Of a stretch of 50,917 bases of DNA, positions 46,476 through 50,917 are shown piece after piece. The stretch spans positions 1-50,917 of the forward strand of contig JAPLVR010000002.1 in assembly GCA_026397015.1 (NCBI GenBank). Reading direction: 5' to 3'. The translations under genes were made by a program, and so were the position numbers. Within the stretch, counting starts at the first letter, position 1; each line of letters starts with the position of its first letter. The notes beneath the pieces are model-generated. The model did no database searches and was not told the origin of the DNA. It was given only the letters and a program-made list of their open reading frames with translations. Origin of the DNA: Candidatus Iainarchaeum sp. Lineage in GTDB: Archaea; Iainarchaeota; Iainarchaeia; Iainarchaeales; JAAZKV01.

Positions 46476-46874
46476 ATGAAGATACTTGCGCCGCTGCTTT
46501 CAGGGGGGGAAGACGCGCCGGAATATATCAACGCGATAACTGCCGGAGCCGACCAAATAATTCTGTTGTCAGTCATCGACAAGGAATTTATGCGGAAAAC
46601 AAGCGCCGCCATGAGCGAAGTAATGCATTATCACGCCCTTATGGAGCGCGTAAAAAAAGCGGTCGGTGCGAAAAGAAAGAAGTGTGAGGAGGCAACCGAG
46701 TGGGGCGCCACAATCCAGAAAATCACTTCGCTCGCGCTTTTGAAGCAGGTCGACAAAATTGTTTTTGTTAAACAGCGCAACCAGTTTTTCGAAAATATTC
46801 TGGATGAATTAAGGGAGAAGAAAATAAAATTTGAGTTGGTCGAAGTTAAAGAGAAAACCGAAGAGCAAAAATGA
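46476..46874 (+). CDS. Universal stress protein-like
   Basis: MKILAPL, ILLSVID, EWG...KI...A...QVDKIV. Confidence 0.65.
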   Translation: MKILAPLLSGGEDAPEYINAITAGADQIILLSVIDKEFMRKTSAAMSEVMHYHALMERVKKAVGAKRKKCEEATEWGATIQKITSLALLKQVDKIVFVKQRNQFFENILDELREKKIKFELVEVKEKTEEQK

Positions 46875-46963
46875 TGAATGGTGGCGGAAATTTTGAAGGG
46901 GAAAAATAAAATTTTTATAGTATTAAAAATGAAATAAATATGGGATTTTTTGGCGTGATTGGT

Positions 46964-47497
46964 ATGGGGAAGAAAAATATTTTTTTCGGATGCACTCTTG
47001 CAGAAAATAAAGTTATTGTTGATGATGCCACGCTGAAAGGCGCGCTTGTCGAAAAGGGATTCGGCGAAAGCAGGGGAAAGCTTCTTTTGCTCGATTTGGT
47101 TGAATCTTTGTTTTTGGTTTCAAAAGAAAAGATTTCCGTGTGCGATTTGAAGGGAAAAAAAGTTTCTGAAAAAAATCTGCTCGCCCTTGGCCTCAGGAAC
47201 GACAAAAAGTTTTATTCGAAATTTGTCGTTTATTCGGATGTGCGCGAGCGCGGCTACTGCATCAAAACGGGCCTCAAGTTCGGCTTCGACTTCAGGGTTT
47301 ATCCGAAGGGCGAGAAGGTCGGCTCAGCCCACACGCAGTATGTAATCAATGTCGTTCCGGAATCGGAAAGGCTCTCAATGCACCAGCTCAGCAGGATGAC
47401 CCGTCTTGCAGGAAATATTCACACAAAAGTTTTGCAGGCGGTTGTCGATTCGGAAGACGCGGTAAATTACTATTTGCTTGACAGGGTTGTTCTGTAA
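46964..47497 (+). CDS. endA: tRNA-intron endonuclease
   Basis: LDLVESLFL, VYSDVRERGY.IKTGLKFGFDFRVY, AHT, AVVD....NYY. Confidence 0.9.
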   Translation: MGKKNIFFGCTLAENKVIVDDATLKGALVEKGFGESRGKLLLLDLVESLFLVSKEKISVCDLKGKKVSEKNLLALGLRNDKKFYSKFVVYSDVRERGYCIKTGLKFGFDFRVYPKGEKVGSAHTQYVINVVPESERLSMHQLSRMTRLAGNIHTKVLQAVVDSEDAVNYYLLDRVVL

Positions 47498-47646
47498 ATA
47501 GGTTGCTAAAAAATTTGTCCGCTTTTGAATTAGAAAATAATTTCTTGCTTGAATTAGATTCCAATTAGAAACAGGTTTTTGTTGGGAATAAAGTGGGGAA
47601 AGCGTTCCCTTGCGGAACACTTTCTCACTCAAAAAAGAATTTGTTT

Positions 47647-47823
47647 TTAGAAGTCGACGCCCCTTACCGTCTTTCTTCCGTTGGCTTTTGCCCTTGCTGC
47701 CGCGTCCTTTATCATTTTCGCAACCTTGTCGCTCAATGAGTCCATTACGTCTCCGGCAGTGTTGCAGCCTTCTTTCTTTATCGCTTCCTTTACTTTTGAC
47801 CCTACTACTAATACTTCAGCCAT
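47647..47823 (-). CDS. Short histone-fold protein (face-to-face / Bd0055-like class)
   Basis: MAEVLVVGSKVKEAIK...AAARAKANGRKTVRGVDF, 58 aa, RKTxxxxD motif; GGAGGT RBS. Confidence 0.88.
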   Translation of the reverse strand: MAEVLVVGSKVKEAIKKEGCNTAGDVMDSLSDKVAKMIKDAAARAKANGRKTVRGVDF

Positions 47824-48006
47824 GTTCAAAACCTCCACTAAATGCCGTTTGAAGCATTTGCGATTAATTTTGAAATCGCAAGGGTATATAAATGAAATGG
47901 TTCAAAAACTGGGTTTTGAGCGGTTTTAGAGCTCTTTTTAAAATTTTGTTTTTTTGGGAATTTTTGTTTTGCCCCTCTTTTTTAATACTTTTTTTCCATA
48001 ATTGTT

Positions 48007-48062
48007 TGCCTGTGATGACTGCATATCGCTGAACCGTGATGAGTGATGGGCGAACTGAGGCA
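48007..48062 (+). ncRNA. Box C/D methylation guide sRNA
   Basis: TGCC; C box GTGATGA (48012-18); guide CTGCATATCG; D' CTGA (48029-32); C' GTGATGA (48036-42); guide GTGATGGGCGAA; D CTGA (48055-58); GGCA closing the terminal stem. Confidence 0.9.
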
Positions 48063-48142
48063 CAAAAAATAACTTTCGGGCGCAAAAGAGAACTTTAAAT
48101 ACTTTCAAACCATTATTCTTGCAAATCATTTGAATTGGTATT

Positions 48143-49258
48143 ATGGCTGAAGATGATTCACAAAAAAAGTCCGATGCGGAAAAACTCCTTGAAGAAAAAA
48201 TGGCGTTGCTTAGGGGCGCGGGCATCGATATAAGGACTTCAAGAATGGAAGCTTCCAAGGGGGGACTTGATAATTCAATTGATTCGCTAAAAAAACCCAA
48301 AAATGCGGCGCTTTCCGAATCGAATGCTGCGAGGGGAAATTCTTTAAAGGGAAAATTTGACGACAAAATGGAGATGTTTAAGAGCATAAAAGCGAGCGGA
48401 AATTTTGACAAAGTTGTTAAGGTTGAATCGGCGCCGAAGTATTCATTTGAAGAGCCGAAAAGCGCCAACTCTTTTTCTGTTCGCCCGATAAAACTCGATG
48501 ATTTGAATGATAGTTCATTTGCAAATGAAATCGAGTCGGAAGGCAAAAAGATAGTTGGGGAAGTTCCAAGGGTGAAAACAGGAATAACAGGATTTGACGA
48601 ACTCATTGAAGGCGGCTTTGAAAAGGATTCAACAGTTGTTGTTGTGGGCTCGGCAGGAACAGGAAAAACTTTGTTCGGGCTTCAGTTTATTTATGAGGGA
48701 ATTGTGAAATACAACGAGCCGGGATTGTTTATTTCATTTAGCGAAGACCGCGAATCTCTATTTTCTCACGCTCTCCAGTTCGGCTGGGATTTTGAAAAGC
48801 TTGAAAATGAAGGAAAGTTCAAGCTTCTTGTTTTCAAGCCCCACCAGATGACAAAGATTTTGGAGGAAGGCGGAGCGGGGGTGCGAGATGCATTGGTTGA
48901 GATGGGCGCTAAGCGCGTTGTTGTTGATTCGATTACAGTTTACGGGCTCCTTTTCAAGGACGAGTACGAGAAGAGGGATAAAACACTCGATTTTTTTAAT
49001 TCGCTGAGAAAGTGGGAAGTTACTTCCATCGTTATTTCGGAGGAGGCCCCTGAAGCGGTCGAGAATGAAGAGGGGGGAATAGGTTTTATCGCGGATGCGA
49101 TAATTTCGCTTTATTACAAGCATGACGAGGAAAAGGGGATAAGGGTTCATGCGCTTGAGGTCCTGAAAATGCGCGGGACGCGGCACACCAACAAGATATG
49201 CGCGATAAATTTTGAGGGCGGCGGCATAAGGGTTTACCCCGACGTTGAAATATTTTGA
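48143..49258 (+). CDS. KaiC/RAD55-family ATPase with N-terminal low-complexity extension
   Basis: KTGITGFDELIEGG, GSAGTGKT, RVVVDSIT, LEVLKMRGT.H. Confidence 0.92.
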   Translation: MAEDDSQKKSDAEKLLEEKMALLRGAGIDIRTSRMEASKGGLDNSIDSLKKPKNAALSESNAARGNSLKGKFDDKMEMFKSIKASGNFDKVVKVESAPKYSFEEPKSANSFSVRPIKLDDLNDSSFANEIESEGKKIVGEVPRVKTGITGFDELIEGGFEKDSTVVVVGSAGTGKTLFGLQFIYEGIVKYNEPGLFISFSEDRESLFSHALQFGWDFEKLENEGKFKLLVFKPHQMTKILEEGGAGVRDALVEMGAKRVVVDSITVYGLLFKDEYEKRDKTLDFFNSLRKWEVTSIVISEEAPEAVENEEGGIGFIADAIISLYYKHDEEKGIRVHALEVLKMRGTRHTNKICAINFEGGGIRVYPDVEIF

Positions 49259-49297
49259 ATTCGCGAACGCACGCTTCTTCTGGAAGGCTTTTCAGCG

Positions 49298-49960
49298 TTA
49301 TTCCATTTTCTCCACTTCTATTGTCGCAACTTCGGAAAAGTCGTAAAATTTGCTGCACAACTGCTTTATGATTTCTATTTCGCCTTCAACTCCCGACCCC
49401 TTGACTGATAAAAGTATTCCGGTGTTGCCGTCGAAACTGAGCTTGTTGTTAAGATAATAAATGAATTTGTCCAGCACCTTCCTTTCAACGTACGCCGAGA
49501 GTGCGCTTATCGATTCGAATAAAACAAGTTTCCTTTCCGCGCCGCCCTCTCCAGCTTTCGGCAGTATGTTTTCCAGAATTATCCTTAAACTTGTCAGGTC
49601 GGAAGGATTCTCGATAAAAAATGTTTTGAAGCCGTCCACAGTTGTTTTTCCTTTTTTTCCCGAGCACATGTCGATGAACACAAGCTTGTCCTTTGCGATG
49701 CCTGAAAATTCTTCCGCGTGCGAAAACTGTTCAATTGGAATGCTCAGTGAAATCAGCACGCTGCTTCTTCCCATGTTTTTTGAATAATAATGGATTATAT
49801 TTTTGACCGAATCTTTCAGTTGTTTCTTGTTTAGCACCGCCAGGGAAATTTTTCCCTCCGCCTCGACGAGCATCGGCTTCAGAAAAGAGAGGTTTTGCAT
49901 CCAAAGAACAACGATATTTGTTAATAAAAACCTTTTTTCGGCGCGAAAATCCGTTTTCAT
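49298..49960 (-). CDS. Inactive KaiC/RecA-fold (DUF835/FlaH-like) protein
   Basis: LVFIDM, ENPSDLTSL, VLFESISAL; no Walker A; true start probably near 49900 or 49873. Confidence 0.65.
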   Translation of the reverse strand: MKTDFRAEKRFLLTNIVVLWMQNLSFLKPMLVEAEGKISLAVLNKKQLKDSVKNIIHYYSKNMGRSSVLISLSIPIEQFSHAEEFSGIAKDKLVFIDMCSGKKGKTTVDGFKTFFIENPSDLTSLRIILENILPKAGEGGAERKLVLFESISALSAYVERKVLDKFIYYLNNKLSFDGNTGILLSVKGSGVEGEIEIIKQLCSKFYDFSEVATIEVEKME

Positions 49961-50017
49961 AATAATTAATCGATTTTTAATTACTTTCAGTTATTGTTTT
50001 ACAATAAGGTGGTTGAG

Positions 50018-50917
50018 TTGGAGGGAGAAACGCGCGCGCAGGCGGTTATCGAGCTTTCAATGATTCTGTCCGCGGCGGCGGTCGCGCTAATAATTATTTA
50101 TGGAATTTATGCCAGCCAGATAGGGTCTGCTACATCCTACCGCGACCTTTACACCGCAAAATCAACAGTGCAAAGAATTGTAGGCGCTGCAAACAGCGTT
50201 TATGCTTCCGGCATTGGTTCGGAAACAAAGGTCCTCGTAGAAATCCCTATGTCGGCTGACTTGAATGCGAGCCAGATAACGGGCAAAACGATTTTGCTCA
50301 AGATTGGGGGCGGTGGCGGTGTGATTGCAACCTCGGACGTAAATATCAGCGGCGCGTGGAAGTCAGATTCATATTCTTACTATGCATACCTCTATTATGA
50401 CGGAAATGTTGTCCAGATGACTTACCGCGACTTTGAAATAAGCAATTCTTCAATATATATTTTTTCGCTGAGGAATAAAACACCTTCAACCACTTTTAAT
50501 ATCAGGAACGGTTCTAATTCCACAGTATCATTTTGGTTGACGAAAAATTTTTCATACTCGGAAGTTTCGCTGGAAATGGATCCAAGCGATTATTCTTTTA
50601 ATCTCGCGCCCGGCGAAATAAGAACAGTTACTTTAAATTTCGATGTTGGCGGAACCGCTTTTGGAAATTATTCCGGTGCAATTGATGTTACTGGGCAGAT
50701 TGGCGATTCCAATCTTTCTAAGACAGTTTTTGTTTCAGTTGAAGTTTTTTCTGGCATAATCTACTACTTGGATACTAATTGGCAGACTTCTTGGGGTTTG
50801 TTTGATTTGAATTTGTCGGCGTATTTTAGGAGGTGTGTGCCTTCGGTTGAGCTTTGTTATGATGGTGTGGATAATGATTGTGATGGTTTGACTGATTGTG
50901 TTGATACGGTAGATTGT
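50018..50917 (+). CDS. Class III signal-peptide (archaeal pilin-like) adhesin, truncated by the window end
   Basis: Not in the ORF track because it has no stop. TTG after an AGGTGG RBS gives MEGETRA/QAVIELSMILSAAAVALIIIY; then IVGAANSVYASGIGSETKVLVEIP, an Ig-like segment, and ELCYDGVDNDCDGLTDC (MopE-like metal-binding motif). Confidence 0.85.
   Translation, partial: MEGETRAQAVIELSMILSAAAVALIIIYGIYASQIGSATSYRDLYTAKSTVQRIVGAANSVYASGIGSETKVLVEIPMSADLNASQITGKTILLKIGGGGGVIATSDVNISGAWKSDSYSYYAYLYYDGNVVQMTYRDFEISNSSIYIFSLRNKTPSTTFNIRNGSNSTVSFWLTKNFSYSEVSLEMDPSDYSFNLAPGEIRTVTLNFDVGGTAFGNYSGAIDVTGQIGDSNLSKTVFVSVEVFSGIIYYLDTNWQTSWGLFDLNLSAYFRRCVPSVELCYDGVDNDCDGLTDCVDTVDC

Noticed and set aside
1-50917. 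Provirus, diversity-generating retroelement or rRNA genes
   Set aside because: No integrase, capsid, terminase, reverse transcriptase, adenine-variant repeat pair or rRNA-like sequence was seen.

Overview
Archaeal chromosomal segment. Archaeal marker genes (GatD/GatE, Nop5-fibrillarin, EndA, deoxyhypusine synthase, NMD3, archaeal GlyRS/ProRS, ATP-dependent ligase, histone) and the compact layout suggest a DPANN archaeon, possibly Diapherotrites/Iainarchaeota (inference). It holds about 55 protein genes, mostly housekeeping, and five tRNAs: Thr-CGT with a 94-nt intron, Arg-CCT, Ile-GAT, Gln-TTG and Pro-TGG. Main oddities: (1) a full-length but motif-degenerate bacterial-type sigma-70 factor with a basic leader, overlapping the archaeal gatE stop codon; (2) an unannotated box C/D guide RNA whose D guide points by the N+5 rule at 16S C1402, in the same window as a minimal Nop5 and fibrillarin; (3) an AT-rich single-gene islet at the tRNA-Thr 3' end encoding a signal peptide, Cys-rich ectodomain, TM helix, coiled coil and HNH nuclease; (4) a covarying multi-hairpin repeat family next to two tRNA genes; (5) a short non-nucleosomal-type histone; (6) duplicated RBS/start sites that create bridging mini-ORFs. 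The left end is a transposase tail and the right end is a truncated pilin-like adhesin. All calls come from reading motifs; no searches were run.
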